Source: a virus (lineage: Duplodnaviria > Heunggongvirae > Uroviricota > Caudoviricetes). Taken from it: 64,000 bases of DNA. Below the pieces are notes generated by a model. The model did no database searches. It worked only from the letters and a program-made list of their open reading frames with translations, and was not told where the DNA came from. The position numbers and the translations under genes are program-made. Below, piece by piece: positions 34,221 through 44,749 of the stretch (position 1 is the first letter of the stretch; each line of letters starts with the position of its first letter). The DNA is taken from positions 12,612 to 76,611 of the IMG/VR virus record IMGVR_UViG_3300032225_001769. The stretch is one strand, 5' to 3'.

Positions 34221-36929
34221 TCAACGATAATCCCATTCATTTGATCGATCTCCATACTCATCAACATTCCAAACTTCTAATGATTGAATTTCATTTTGTG
34301 CTGTGGCAAACATCCATCGATCTCCAGTCTCTGGTTCTACATAAACCTCAGTATCATCTAATCCATCTAAAATAAATCCAAATGGTGCCATATCCTGTTC
34401 AATTTGATTTTTTTGTTCCTCATAAATTCTTTTACGAACATCATTGTTCGTCATCTCTTTAAAGTAATCTTGTGCAACTAACCAACAGAATATTACAAGA
34501 CACATTGCAAGATCATCATTACAACCTTCTTCTGCCTCAAATGATCTACTTTTTTGAATAAAAGTTGTGAGTTCCGAAATCATATCATAATCATTAATTA
34601 AAAGTTTATCATCCTCTACCATTGTTCTTAAATTGGAGCATCCCAACTTCTTAACTGCGGATGTCATACGAACACCAAGTTGCGACTTTTTCCCACTAAA
34701 TCCAGATCCGACAATTTGACCAGCACGACCACGCATTGAACACATTAGGACATTATCATATTCCAAATCATAATGTAAAATATTTGCTACTTGATCTCCA
34801 ATATCATTCACTTCAACTAATAACCAAGAATCATTATATGCTTTTGCTACTTCATGAATAATAGACGGAAACATCATTGGTTTGATTTCATTATTTTTAT
34901 ATTTTGCCACAGTTCTATAAGGAAAATTGGTGATATCAAAAACTATAAAAGCAGAATAGTCAATTCCAACTCCTCTTGCTACGTCAACAGTAATTAAATA
35001 ATTATTGTCTTCTTTTGGATCTTCATAAACATCAAGTCCTTTACTTCTTTTTAGGGGATCTTCGTAAACTAGTGATTTAAGTTTTGTTGGATTAATTAGT
35101 GTATCTACTGAGCCCAAAAATTCACAATTAAATTCGACGTTAAATTGTTGTAAATTGGTGTTGGCGATAGTCTGTTCTTTCCATTTTGCATCTCTACCCG
35201 GCACTTCAGACCAATGCACATCTGTAGGAACATATTCGTTCTTACCCTTCTCAGCGTCATGCCACATACGGTAGAAATGATTCATACCATGAGGTGTGGA
35301 TACAATAATTACCTTTGTTGATTTACCAGAAGAAATGGTAGGGTAAACTGATGCAAAGAACTGATCTGCAATATTATTTGGAATAAACGCAAATTCGTCT
35401 AAGAATATGATATTATATGATCCTCCACGAACAGCAGATGCTGATGTAGAGGCAGCAATAATTTTTGAACCGTTTTCTAGTTCTAATGATTGCTTGTTCC
35501 ACGACACAATACCTTGTTGCATCCATTTTGGAAGATTTTCATATGCAAGTTGTAATCTACTTAAAAGATCTTTTGCTGTAGATGCTTTGTTTGCAAGTAT
35601 GGCAATGTTTACATTATCGTTGAAAACGGCATAATGGAGTAAGTAGGATACGCAAGTTGTGGAATTATGAGTTGGTATAAAAGTCTTACCGCATAAGAAT
35701 AGATGATCTTCACTATCTACTTGAATACAAGCAACCGGAACACTATCAACTTTTTCAATCTTATGAATATAATGTCTATTTTCTTGTATTCTAGTTGTTC
35801 TTTGAGTATCGATATTATCTAATTTTCTTGGAAGATTAAATACTTGCTCTTTAGTTGTAAATGATACTGTATGGTAATAATTGCCTTTTATCTTTTTATG
35901 TCTTATATTTGATTTGATTCCTAATGTTGACAATAGTTCTACAACTTGCAATATGAGATTATAATTTTTTTGATAGAATTCAAATGATCTGGTATTTTTT
36001 GTTACTGACCCATCAGTATCCATTAATCCGCGAAGTAATTCTAACCTATCTTCATAGGAAGATCTTAAATAATTTTGTGGAATATGTTTGTTTTTTAATA
36101 AATTGTGAGATTTTAATTTTAATTTAAAATCTCTAACTTTAAATCTCATACAATTACCATCTTCTCTTTCATGTTCTATATCCAATATAGTCTTATAGAA
36201 CTCATAATCATCTTTATGTGCTACAATTCTTCCATCTGAAGAATATCCATCTCCCAACCAAACTCCAAGAAGATATGGATCAATATCTAATGAGTTTTTA
36301 ATAAAATTGATTGGTTTGGATTTTTCAATATATAATGACCCTTGAACGCCACTTCCTCTTTTATTTTTAGTTTTTGTTTCGTACTTATCGTATATTTCTT
36401 GAGATGTTAATACTTTTTTACCAGTTCTCCAATATGAACTATCAACCTCCCATAAATGACCCGCATCTGCGACTATTTCTTCACCATTATCAAAGTATAA
36501 TTTATAGCAATTGTGATTATACATGGTTTCGGTTTTCATAGTTACCGAAACTTTATTTCCAGATGGAGATAGTATATCATCCCCAACTTTAAGATCTCCC
36601 ATGGTTGTCCAACCAGATGGTGTTGGAATTGAAGTATCTAATGCTAATGCCTTACCCGTCTGCCTAGGCATCTTACAAATATTAAATCGGTTTTCATGAA
36701 ATCTTTGAATTAATTTTTCCTGAAATGGAAACAAATTAAAAGGAATCAGACCATCATCAAGAGATACAATTTTAATATAATTTTTTGCAAAATATACCGG
36801 ATCCTTTGCACATTGTAACCATTCAAGGACTTGTTCTTCAGTCCATTCAATAGTTGTATTTGCCCTCTTTAGATTTGGATTAGAGAGATAAGCATCTGAC
36901 TGCTTTAGTTGAATATCTTCAATTGCCAT
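34221..36929 (-). CDS. gp17: Terminase large subunit gp17, intein-containing (573 aa after splicing)
   Basis: PRQTGK|STT Walker A interrupted, FLDEFAF, STPHG, DVARG, DDLAMCL. Confidence 0.98.
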   Translation of the reverse strand: MAIEDIQLKQSDAYLSNPNLKRANTTIEWTEEQVLEWLQCAKDPVYFAKNYIKIVSLDDGLIPFNLFPFQEKLIQRFHENRFNICKMPRQTGKALALDTSIPTPSGWTTMGDLKVGDDILSPSGNKVSVTMKTETMYNHNCYKLYFDNGEEIVADAGHLWEVDSSYWRTGKKVLTSQEIYDKYETKTKNKRGSGVQGSLYIEKSKPINFIKNSLDIDPYLLGVWLGDGYSSDGRIVAHKDDYEFYKTILDIEHEREDGNCMRFKVRDFKLKLKSHNLLKNKHIPQNYLRSSYEDRLELLRGLMDTDGSVTKNTRSFEFYQKNYNLILQVVELLSTLGIKSNIRHKKIKGNYYHTVSFTTKEQVFNLPRKLDNIDTQRTTRIQENRHYIHKIEKVDSVPVACIQVDSEDHLFLCGKTFIPTHNSTTCVSYLLHYAVFNDNVNIAILANKASTAKDLLSRLQLAYENLPKWMQQGIVSWNKQSLELENGSKIIAASTSASAVRGGSYNIIFLDEFAFIPNNIADQFFASVYPTISSGKSTKVIIVSTPHGMNHFYRMWHDAEKGKNEYVPTDVHWSEVPGRDAKWKEQTIANTNLQQFNVEFNCEFLGSVDTLINPTKLKSLVYEDPLKRSKGLDVYEDPKEDNNYLITVDVARGVGIDYSAFIVFDITNFPYRTVAKYKNNEIKPMMFPSIIHEVAKAYNDSWLLVEVNDIGDQVANILHYDLEYDNVLMCSMRGRAGQIVGSGFSGKKSQLGVRMTSAVKKLGCSNLRTMVEDDKLLINDYDMISELTTFIQKSRSFEAEEGCNDDLAMCLVIFCWLVAQDYFKEMTNNDVRKRIYEEQKNQIEQDMAPFGFILDGLDDTEVYVEPETGDRWMFATAQNEIQSLEVWNVDEYGDRSNEWDYR
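35664..36650 (-). mobile_element. 329-aa class 3 (Ala1) intein with LAGLIDADG homing endonuclease
   Basis: Starts ALALDT, block B DAGHLW, LGVWLGDG and LRGLMDTDG, block F VACIQV, ends IPTHN before Ser+1. Confidence 0.95.
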
Positions 36930-36938
36930 AATTTTTAA

Positions 36939-39900
36939 TCAAACTCCACCGTATGCAAATATCCAAACTCCACCAACAGCAGTTGAAGTTGAGAATAGTT
37001 CTATCATCATACTTGCTTGAGCAGCACCACCACCACCAAGTTGATAAACATTACTACCATTACTACATTGACTTGCAGTTACTCCAGTAAACGTAAAAGT
37101 ATTTGCACCAGTATGAGGAGTAATAAAAATCCTAATGCCCCTATTTGCCGTAAAATTAGTTAGTGTAACTGTTCTATTTCCATTAGCATTAGGTTGCCAG
37201 AATATTACATCTGGACCAGTAAAATCTACTGTAAGTGTGCTTGCCTGTGTAGTAGAAGTAGAAATAAAATTGGATGGTGTTGAACTAATAGTAACTTGCC
37301 CTGTAAAACCAGAAATAGTAACACCAGTACCAGCAACAATAGAAGTTACAATACCAGTTAGATTAGTTCCAGAACCATTATAAGAAGTTGCAGTAACTAC
37401 ACCAGAGAATGTTCCACCATCACTGCTTACAAGTTTAGTGGTAGTCACAACTCCAACACTCATTCCAAGTGATGAAGTATTTCCATAACCTAATACTGAA
37501 TTTAGGTTTTGTGTTCCAGTAATCGTAACAATACCAATTCCATTAGCAGGTACAATTGAAACTCCACTTCCGGCAATAATTTGATTAACAATCGTTGGTT
37601 TGTTTAGAATAGAAGCAATACCAACCGTTGAAGTCCAATCACTATTGACTTGAGTAGTTCCATTAATCGTAACTCTTCCTGTTGAACCTGATACTGAAAT
37701 TCCACCAGTACCAGCAACGACAGAAGTTACAATACCAGTTAGATTTACACCATTTCCAATATAAGAAGTTGCGGATACAACTCCAACATTTATTCCAAGT
37801 GCCGAAGTATTTCCATTGGTTAATACTGAATTTAAATTCTGTGTTCCAGTTGCATCAATTGTGACTGTACCAATTCCATTAGAAGGAGAAAGTGTTACTC
37901 CCGTCCCGCCAATAATCTTATTAACAATTGTTGGTTTGTTTATAATTGCAGTAACACCAACAGTGGCATTCCAATCAGAATTAAGTTGTGTTCTTAGTCC
38001 AGGAATTTGGTCATAATGAGTTCCATTATAAATTAACAAATCACCGTCTTGAAGTGTTAGGTTTCCACTCCCAAAATTAGTTGTAGCAGTCCCAACTACC
38101 GTATATTCCCAACCCGTTTGTCCCGTTGCATCTGATACTGGTGGATTGTTAGTAACAACATTATATGTTCCTTTATAAACAACCGCACCAACAACAGTGG
38201 GAGTTGATTCCCAAGACATTACATAATTACCAGCAACATTAGTAACCTTCAGGAACTTATCTGCAGTTGCTGCTGTTTGTGATGGGAAATATGTTAATCT
38301 TGAATTATCGTAGAAAGTAATACCAGTAGTGCTGCCAGTTCCTGCAAATGTTAATCCTTCAGTATTAATTGTTAAATCTAATGTTTTTGTGATTGAACCA
38401 ATCGGTGCATTGTAAAATCTATATTCTGCTCCCTGTTTACTATTTGTAAAGTTTTCTCTTGCATAAACTTCTATATTGTTTGCTGCAGGTCCAGTTGGAA
38501 ATGTAGTAGTACCAAATCCAACTGTACTATAACGACTTAAAATATCACCAGAAACTATTGCACTTGGAGATGCAGCAGTTCCACGACCTGCACGACTAAT
38601 ATAAGCGGGAAATACTCCAGTGCCAAATGCATCATTTGTAATACGACTTACTGCATTATCATTACCAGTAATATGAAGCATTCCACCAGCATTTATAACT
38701 GGTTGATATGCTCCACCTGCTGAACCAATGATACTTACTCCACCAATATCCCCCGCAGGAATAGTTGGAGGATAATATTGAGTGCGTCCTGTGCGGTCTG
38801 TATAATATGCCGTTCTATTACTGCTGTCTTGAATTTTTATTGAACGATTGAATACAACATCTGCAGTTGCACCAAGAGAACCAAAATAAACATCCCGAGC
38901 AGGATTTTTAATTTTTATATTATTATCTGATAAAATCCATTCACCAACTTCTAAACCTGCACCACCTTTGATGTAGAAATTACCATCCTTTGCACCCAAT
39001 GCCTGGTCGTTTCCTAATGTTTCGTCCTGAACGTAAATCGTACCAGTTCCAAACCAGACCTCTTTAAATCTTCTTGCAGGAGAACCTAAAGACCAGACAT
39101 TCGTTGTATATGGAAGAATATCCGAATGAGTAACAACATTACCACCAGCACCAGCATTTAATGTAATATCAGTATTATCAATTGTTGCAACTGATAATCC
39201 AGGATTTACAACTGCACGAGCAAAATTGATGATTGTTCCATATGGTATAGGGGATAAACCTGCACCTACGGGGAAAGTCTTATCAGTAATAATAACATTA
39301 TTATAAGAACCAGTACCAATACCAATAATTGCACTTCCAACTGAAATGCCTGCACCAGCAATTACATCACCGATTTGAAGTGTAGGGGATGGAACTGCTT
39401 GGAGTTGATATACTGCATAGTTAACACCAGTAATGCCATAGGTTAATCCATAACTACCAATCCCAAGATTAGCATATGGTCCGTATTCAAGAACTGAACT
39501 TAAATTTGCTCTTGTAATATTTGCAACAATTGAAGATACTCCAGTAATAACCGAACCAACTGGAAGATTTACAAACGAAACTCCAATACCATTCGTGGTT
39601 GTATTTCCACGAGTTGTGACTGTATTCAGAGTTTCGTTAATTAGAAGTCCACCAATATAGGTTGAAAATCCTGCTGTATTGGTAGATGAGTTCCATCTTA
39701 AAAATGCTCCGTCATAAGCAGCAGAATTAGTTGCAACACCTACAACATCATCCAAATATCTTAGACGAGTTTCACCACCACCGCCTAATGTGGATAGTTG
39801 TTGCTGAATACGAGAAAGGAAGAGTTTATAATGCTTCTCTAAATCTTCAAGTGTTGCGAACTTTTGATCCAGAGGAGTTAATGGGTCATTTTGTTGCTTA

Positions 39901-40235
39901 ACATCTGATGGTTCGGAAAGAAGTCCTAATGATCTCTCCATCAATGTTGGGTATTTTGGTTCTTCAAGTTCTTCTTGAAGTTCTTCTACTACTTCAAAAA
40001 TTTCTTCAATTTCTTCTTGAATATTTGGTTGCATCTCTTTGGAAGACAACAAGTCCTCAAATACTTTGAGTGCTTTATGTCCTTTTTTATTTTTTATTTT
40101 ACTCTTTGCTTTAAGAATAGAAACTTCTTCAAAAACAGAATTTAATCCCAAGTCACCGACTAAAGATTCAAATTCTTCCTTTTTTTGTTTCTTTTCTTGC
40201 GCTACTAACTTGAAGAGTTCAGATAATTCATTCAT
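36939..40235 (-). CDS. Large fibre-like virion protein with conserved coiled N-domain and repeated Gly/Thr/Val modules
   Basis: N-domain ending RIQQQLSTLGGGGETRL, then tandem NSDW...NKPT modules. Confidence 0.7.
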   Translation of the reverse strand: MNELSELFKLVAQEKKQKKEEFESLVGDLGLNSVFEEVSILKAKSKIKNKKGHKALKVFEDLLSSKEMQPNIQEEIEEIFEVVEELQEELEEPKYPTLMERSLGLLSEPSDVKQQNDPLTPLDQKFATLEDLEKHYKLFLSRIQQQLSTLGGGGETRLRYLDDVVGVATNSAAYDGAFLRWNSSTNTAGFSTYIGGLLINETLNTVTTRGNTTTNGIGVSFVNLPVGSVITGVSSIVANITRANLSSVLEYGPYANLGIGSYGLTYGITGVNYAVYQLQAVPSPTLQIGDVIAGAGISVGSAIIGIGTGSYNNVIITDKTFPVGAGLSPIPYGTIINFARAVVNPGLSVATIDNTDITLNAGAGGNVVTHSDILPYTTNVWSLGSPARRFKEVWFGTGTIYVQDETLGNDQALGAKDGNFYIKGGAGLEVGEWILSDNNIKIKNPARDVYFGSLGATADVVFNRSIKIQDSSNRTAYYTDRTGRTQYYPPTIPAGDIGGVSIIGSAGGAYQPVINAGGMLHITGNDNAVSRITNDAFGTGVFPAYISRAGRGTAASPSAIVSGDILSRYSTVGFGTTTFPTGPAANNIEVYARENFTNSKQGAEYRFYNAPIGSITKTLDLTINTEGLTFAGTGSTTGITFYDNSRLTYFPSQTAATADKFLKVTNVAGNYVMSWESTPTVVGAVVYKGTYNVVTNNPPVSDATGQTGWEYTVVGTATTNFGSGNLTLQDGDLLIYNGTHYDQIPGLRTQLNSDWNATVGVTAIINKPTIVNKIIGGTGVTLSPSNGIGTVTIDATGTQNLNSVLTNGNTSALGINVGVVSATSYIGNGVNLTGIVTSVVAGTGGISVSGSTGRVTINGTTQVNSDWTSTVGIASILNKPTIVNQIIAGSGVSIVPANGIGIVTITGTQNLNSVLGYGNTSSLGMSVGVVTTTKLVSSDGGTFSGVVTATSYNGSGTNLTGIVTSIVAGTGVTISGFTGQVTISSTPSNFISTSTTQASTLTVDFTGPDVIFWQPNANGNRTVTLTNFTANRGIRIFITPHTGANTFTFTGVTASQCSNGSNVYQLGGGGAAQASMMIELFSTSTAVGGVWIFAYGGV
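37278..37991 (-). repeat. Tandem duplication of a ~112-aa module in the fibre-like protein
   Basis: TQLNSDW...NKPTIV...GTQNLNSVL...NLTGIVTS twice; unit starts are 336 nt apart. Confidence 0.85.
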
Positions 40236-40236
40236 A

Positions 40237-42039
40237 CTAACAATTCCACTTTCTCAATGACTTATTTATTCTCGAATTAGGATCATTGGCAGTTTTTGCA
40301 CTAGTTAATTTTGCTTTCACGCCGGACATACGACTACAAAATGACTTTCTTCTATTTGCTTTTTTAGAACCTGGTTTTAACTTTGATGGTTTTGTTGTAA
40401 CCGCAAGTGAGAGATGTGATCCAGGATTCTCTTTACGGTAAGAAGCGATTCCTTTTTTGTTTAGACCACCCTCAGGATTCTTTCCCTCTTTTCTTTGCCA
40501 AGCAGCAGATGCTTCAATCATAAATTCAGTGAATGATTTTGTTTTTGGTTCATAATGTGCAACCTGCAATTGAGTTTTCTTCTTTGCTAATGGAAGTTTT
40601 GCACCTGTTGGTTTTGGTTCTTTTCCTTTTTCATAAACTGGTTTTCCGCCACCAAGACCAGATCCTGGTTTTAACTTTGGTTCATTAGAAATACTTTCTC
40701 CAACTAATCTACTTCCAATACCTCTACTTGCTTTCAGTGGTTCAGGTTTGATAATATCAATAAACTCCACATAATGATTTCCATTCGCATCTTCGATATT
40801 TACAGATTCCTTCTTTGTCTCAGCACTATCAATATAATCAGCGGCTGTATCAATATAATCTGCTGCCTTAGTAATTTTTGATTGAACCCATGCTAGAATA
40901 TCACCTTCACCTTTACCCACTTTTTTCTTTAATCTTTTTGCAGCGTTCATAATTGTGTTTAGTTCAGAACGCGCCATAGAATATTCGTGATCTACAGACT
41001 CTGGAAAATTACCTGGATGTGGAGTATTTGGCGTATGATCCTTCAAAGTAATAGGCATTGAGAACATGTCCCAATATTTTTGTCCGTATTTGCACTCATC
41101 ACGAGTTTCTTCTTTTGCACATTTTGGACAATATCTCTTCATCTCCGATGCTTCTTTTACTGGAACACAATTTGGAACCATTTTCTTACCTTTTTTTTTC
41201 ATACCTTCTTGTTTGTAACCATCCCAACAATCTTCCGATTTTGTACCCCAATTAGCAGCACCAACTTTACGACATTTAACGAGTGCTCCTGATGCATAAG
41301 CACTAGGCCAAACATCATATCTCGACTTTACTTTATTATAACAAGAATCTTTCTCACCACTTCCTTTTCCTGGTTTATCTTTTACTTCTTGAATATTCAT
41401 TTCTTCTTTAATTTTTTTATCTGTCGAAACATAAGTTGGTTTTGCGGCACCAGATTTTTCTTGTTGCCTAGGATCTGCTGCTTTTTTTCTTTTTGATGCT
41501 GATAATCTCTCTTCTTTAGGCATACTTGCTCTTCTCTCAGAAGATACACACTTTGGAACTCCTTCCCCAGGTTCATCACTTGCACAAGTTCCACCAGTTA
41601 CAATATTTACCCAACCAGGTTTTTTATCTTTTGATTTAGATTTACCAAACCAATCACGAAGACCTTCATCTCCAGATTTAGTTTCTTCTTTTATTCTTCT
41701 TTTCTTCATAATTCGTCTTATTAGACTATCACTCGCATAAGATGCATCAGGTAATTCAGTAATACCTCTTTGAAGATCGGTCACTGCGTCTTCTTTTACA
41801 TTTACGTCTTTAAACTTTTTATGATCTTTTTTTGCATTTGCCTCCATTTTTTTCAGACGAGTATAATAATCGGGAAACTCATCTAAATGTTGAAGAGCAA
41901 TATCAGTTGCTAAAGTTTTATTGCGGGTATGTTCGTGTTCAATTGGAATTCCCATTTCAAGTTGTTTTTTTATAAAAGGTACATCCATACGATGTTTCTT
42001 TGCAATTTGCTCAACAGTTCTATGAGATTTCAGTTGCAT
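40237..42039 (-). CDS. Multi-module basic protein, possible internal head polyprotein
   Basis: Modules EHEHT...HLDEFPDYYTRL, RYDVWPSAYASG..VKCRK, RRKSFCSRM...LRKWNC; internal KSFTEFMIE. Confidence 0.65.
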   Translation of the reverse strand: MQLKSHRTVEQIAKKHRMDVPFIKKQLEMGIPIEHEHTRNKTLATDIALQHLDEFPDYYTRLKKMEANAKKDHKKFKDVNVKEDAVTDLQRGITELPDASYASDSLIRRIMKKRRIKEETKSGDEGLRDWFGKSKSKDKKPGWVNIVTGGTCASDEPGEGVPKCVSSERRASMPKEERLSASKRKKAADPRQQEKSGAAKPTYVSTDKKIKEEMNIQEVKDKPGKGSGEKDSCYNKVKSRYDVWPSAYASGALVKCRKVGAANWGTKSEDCWDGYKQEGMKKKGKKMVPNCVPVKEASEMKRYCPKCAKEETRDECKYGQKYWDMFSMPITLKDHTPNTPHPGNFPESVDHEYSMARSELNTIMNAAKRLKKKVGKGEGDILAWVQSKITKAADYIDTAADYIDSAETKKESVNIEDANGNHYVEFIDIIKPEPLKASRGIGSRLVGESISNEPKLKPGSGLGGGKPVYEKGKEPKPTGAKLPLAKKKTQLQVAHYEPKTKSFTEFMIEASAAWQRKEGKNPEGGLNKKGIASYRKENPGSHLSLAVTTKPSKLKPGSKKANRRKSFCSRMSGVKAKLTSAKTANDPNSRINKSLRKWNC

Positions 42040-42048
42040 TGATATACT

Positions 42049-42477
42049 CTAAGATTTATCTTTACTATTTAGAAAACCTTGCTTAAGTAATTTTTGCAAT
42101 TCTGAAGTCGATCCAACAAATACTGCGTTGTTGGTCACATTATTAGTTGTTTTCACATCATTTTCTTCAATTGCTCTCATTTTCTTTTGAAGATCTATTA
42201 ATTTATCTGCAGTATCCCCAACACTTTTTAAAATTTGACCGGCAACTTCATATGCTCTTGGACTAGCAGTCTCTGCTGCTAATTCCATAATTCCATTTAA
42301 AGTTTCCTGTCCTTTTTCAATAAGCGAATATAATTGTGCTCTACTATATTCGTAGTCTTTTTGAATATCATCTTGAGATGTTTTTATTAATTCAACATCT
42401 GATGTTTTTGATTCAACATCAATAATACTACTTTCAGTATTCAGTGCTCTATCAATAGACTCAAAATTGTTTACCAT
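42049..42477 (-). CDS. gp16: Terminase small subunit gp16
   Basis: DYEYSRAQLYSLIEKG, SPRAYEV, NNAVFVGSTSELQK. Confidence 0.9.
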   Translation of the reverse strand: MVNNFESIDRALNTESSIIDVESKTSDVELIKTSQDDIQKDYEYSRAQLYSLIEKGQETLNGIMELAAETASPRAYEVAGQILKSVGDTADKLIDLQKKMRAIEENDVKTTNNVTNNAVFVGSTSELQKLLKQGFLNSKDKS

Positions 42478-42489
42478 ATCAATTATTGT

Positions 42490-43287
42490 TTAAATATCCT
42501 TCTGTTGTGTTGGACTATAAGATTTAGAATCGTTAAAGAATTCCCAATTCTCATCAAATAGGAACTCATCTCCGGGATTTGCATCGATTGGATTTGGAAC
42601 GACAGTGTATCTCGATTCTCTTTTTGCATTTTCTATATCTGTACCGGCATACACATCAACTTGTACCTTACGAATAAGTCCATCGGTAGTATCTGAAACC
42701 GGGCCAAAGAAATAAGTTTTTGCAGTAAATTTCAAAGTATATATTAAAGATCTTCTTTCTGAAAAATCTCCTTCATAATCATCTTTAAAAGAAATATCGT
42801 CCAAATTTAAAGGAATATCTCTTTTTTCTCCAATTGATGATACAAGATCTATAGTCAATGTAAATGTTGGTTGAAAATATGGAAGAATTTGTTCGACAAT
42901 TTGCCACGAATCATCATTCAATTTTGTTAGAATACTTAGTTCAAATCCAATATTATATGGAACTGGCATAAAGACTTTCTTTAATTGATTGCCATCGGAT
43001 GCTTTGAAAGTCTGAGTAACCCCCAATTTCCTTGTCGAATCATATTTAATAGAAGTAATTTCATATGACATTCTGGGTAAAGTAATCGCAACTGGTTTGT
43101 TTAATTTCTCTTGTTGCTGAATCTTTGCAAGAAACTTTTGCATCGGCCCATATGCCAATGGAACTTTCATATCAGAAATAGTTTCATCCTGACTATTTTG
43201 ATGTTGAATATGAATATCATTAAAAAGAGTTCCGAAGGCAACTATTGTCTTTTTAATAATTTCGTGATAGTAATAATTTGATAACAT
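42490..43287 (-). CDS. gp15: Tail sheath stabiliser / completion protein gp15
   Basis: IVAFGTLFN, VPLAYGP, LPRMSYE, EQILPYFQP. Confidence 0.95.
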   Translation of the reverse strand: MLSNYYYHEIIKKTIVAFGTLFNDIHIQHQNSQDETISDMKVPLAYGPMQKFLAKIQQQEKLNKPVAITLPRMSYEITSIKYDSTRKLGVTQTFKASDGNQLKKVFMPVPYNIGFELSILTKLNDDSWQIVEQILPYFQPTFTLTIDLVSSIGEKRDIPLNLDDISFKDDYEGDFSERRSLIYTLKFTAKTYFFGPVSDTTDGLIRKVQVDVYAGTDIENAKRESRYTVVPNPIDANPGDEFLFDENWEFFNDSKSYSPTQQKDI

Positions 43288-44747
43288 TAGTATATACCGA
43301 ATGGATTTGATTCGCTAAAATCTATTATTGAATCTGCTTCTTCTTCTATTACCTTGTTTTCGGAATACTTATAGTTAGTTGTATCCAAATCATATGCTTT
43401 TAATGTGTATACTGCAGATGATGCAGATCCTACAATTACTTCACCTTCGCTAAATGTTCCACTATTTAGATAAACTCTTAAAATTTTATCAATATCTTTT
43501 CCTGGATTGTCCCAATATTTAACTATTGCTGAAGTTCCTGATAGATTTCCTACTACTTCTTCGGAAACAATATATGTTCCAAATCCAATTATTGGTGGGG
43601 AGGAAACAGTTATTGTCGGTAATGAAGTATATCCAGATCCAGCATTAACCATTAATACCTCAGAAAGTCTGCCATTAGAAATTTTTGCAATTGCAGTAGC
43701 AGTTGTGCCAATACCTATTGGGGGAGATATAGTTATGGTTGGTGTGGAATAATATCTATCTCCCTTATCGGTAATTTGAATTTCTTTAATGACATTAGTT
43801 GAAATATTACTTATTGCAGTAGCTCCTTTTCCACCACCACCAGATATTGTAACCTGCGGTGATATAGTATATCCGTAACCAGAATTTGTAATTAAAATTT
43901 TACTTATCGATCTAACTCTACCTTTGGAAGTTGTTATAGCTACTGCAGTTGCTCTAGAAGAATCATTATCTGTACTTGTTGTTCCCAAAATTTGATTGAA
44001 TTCAAATCCTAAACTTGGACTTGGAGGAGGACTTATGGTTACAATAGGATCTGAAATATAACCATAACCATCATTAGTAAGTATTATTTCGTTCACGCCA
44101 CCATAAGGACTAACAACTGCTTCACATTGTGCAATTCCACCAAATGCAACCAATTTTAGATCAGTTATATATCCAGTATCAGATAATGTATTTTCAATCT
44201 CAACAATATCAGTATCAATTTCCTCGTCCTCATATTCAAACAGTTCACATTTTAATTCATAGACATAATTTTTTCCCAATTGATAAAAGGGATTTTCAAA
44301 TTCTACTCTTTTTATTTCAAAAATTCTTTCGCCCAGTGGAAAATAAATTAAATCTCCTTCTTTTGGTCTACTAGATATTGATAATTTTTCTCCTGGTGAA
44401 TAATTTTTTTCTCCCTCAATGATTGATGTTAAGAATGGTGTTATAAATTCTTCAAATCTTTCTCTTGAAATTATTAATGATAGTTCATTTTTAAGAGAAA
44501 TTCCAAATTTACTCATAATATCACTACCAGGAGAATAACCTTCATAGTTATTCAGATATGCTTCTAAGATAAAATTATCATCAAATTTAGAAGATTGAAC
44601 CTCTCTAACAATATTATCAGTTTTTAATTGCTTTCTTGGAATATAATATACCTCAATTCCAAACATTCTTAAATGTTCATTGATTAAATCTTGAACTAAA
44701 TTTTGTTCTTCGCGGGAACCTTGTAGAAAGTAAGGATTGAGTGCCAT
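43287..44747 (-). CDS. gp14: Neck protein gp14 with inserted Gly-Tyr repeat domain
   Basis: RPKEGDLIYFPL, FYQLGKNYVYELKCELFEY, DFSESNPFG. Confidence 0.93.
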   Translation of the reverse strand: MALNPYFLQGSREEQNLVQDLINEHLRMFGIEVYYIPRKQLKTDNIVREVQSSKFDDNFILEAYLNNYEGYSPGSDIMSKFGISLKNELSLIISRERFEEFITPFLTSIIEGEKNYSPGEKLSISSRPKEGDLIYFPLGERIFEIKRVEFENPFYQLGKNYVYELKCELFEYEDEEIDTDIVEIENTLSDTGYITDLKLVAFGGIAQCEAVVSPYGGVNEIILTNDGYGYISDPIVTISPPPSPSLGFEFNQILGTTSTDNDSSRATAVAITTSKGRVRSISKILITNSGYGYTISPQVTISGGGGKGATAISNISTNVIKEIQITDKGDRYYSTPTITISPPIGIGTTATAIAKISNGRLSEVLMVNAGSGYTSLPTITVSSPPIIGFGTYIVSEEVVGNLSGTSAIVKYWDNPGKDIDKILRVYLNSGTFSEGEVIVGSASSAVYTLKAYDLDTTNYKYSENKVIEEEADSIIDFSESNPFGIY

Positions 44748-44749
44748 AG

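Noticed and set aside
43500-44130. Extra Gly-Tyr repeat domain in gp14
   Set aside because: The same repeat type recurs in gp7, gp8 and the 2445-aa protein and is, from general knowledge, usual in cyanomyophage structural proteins.
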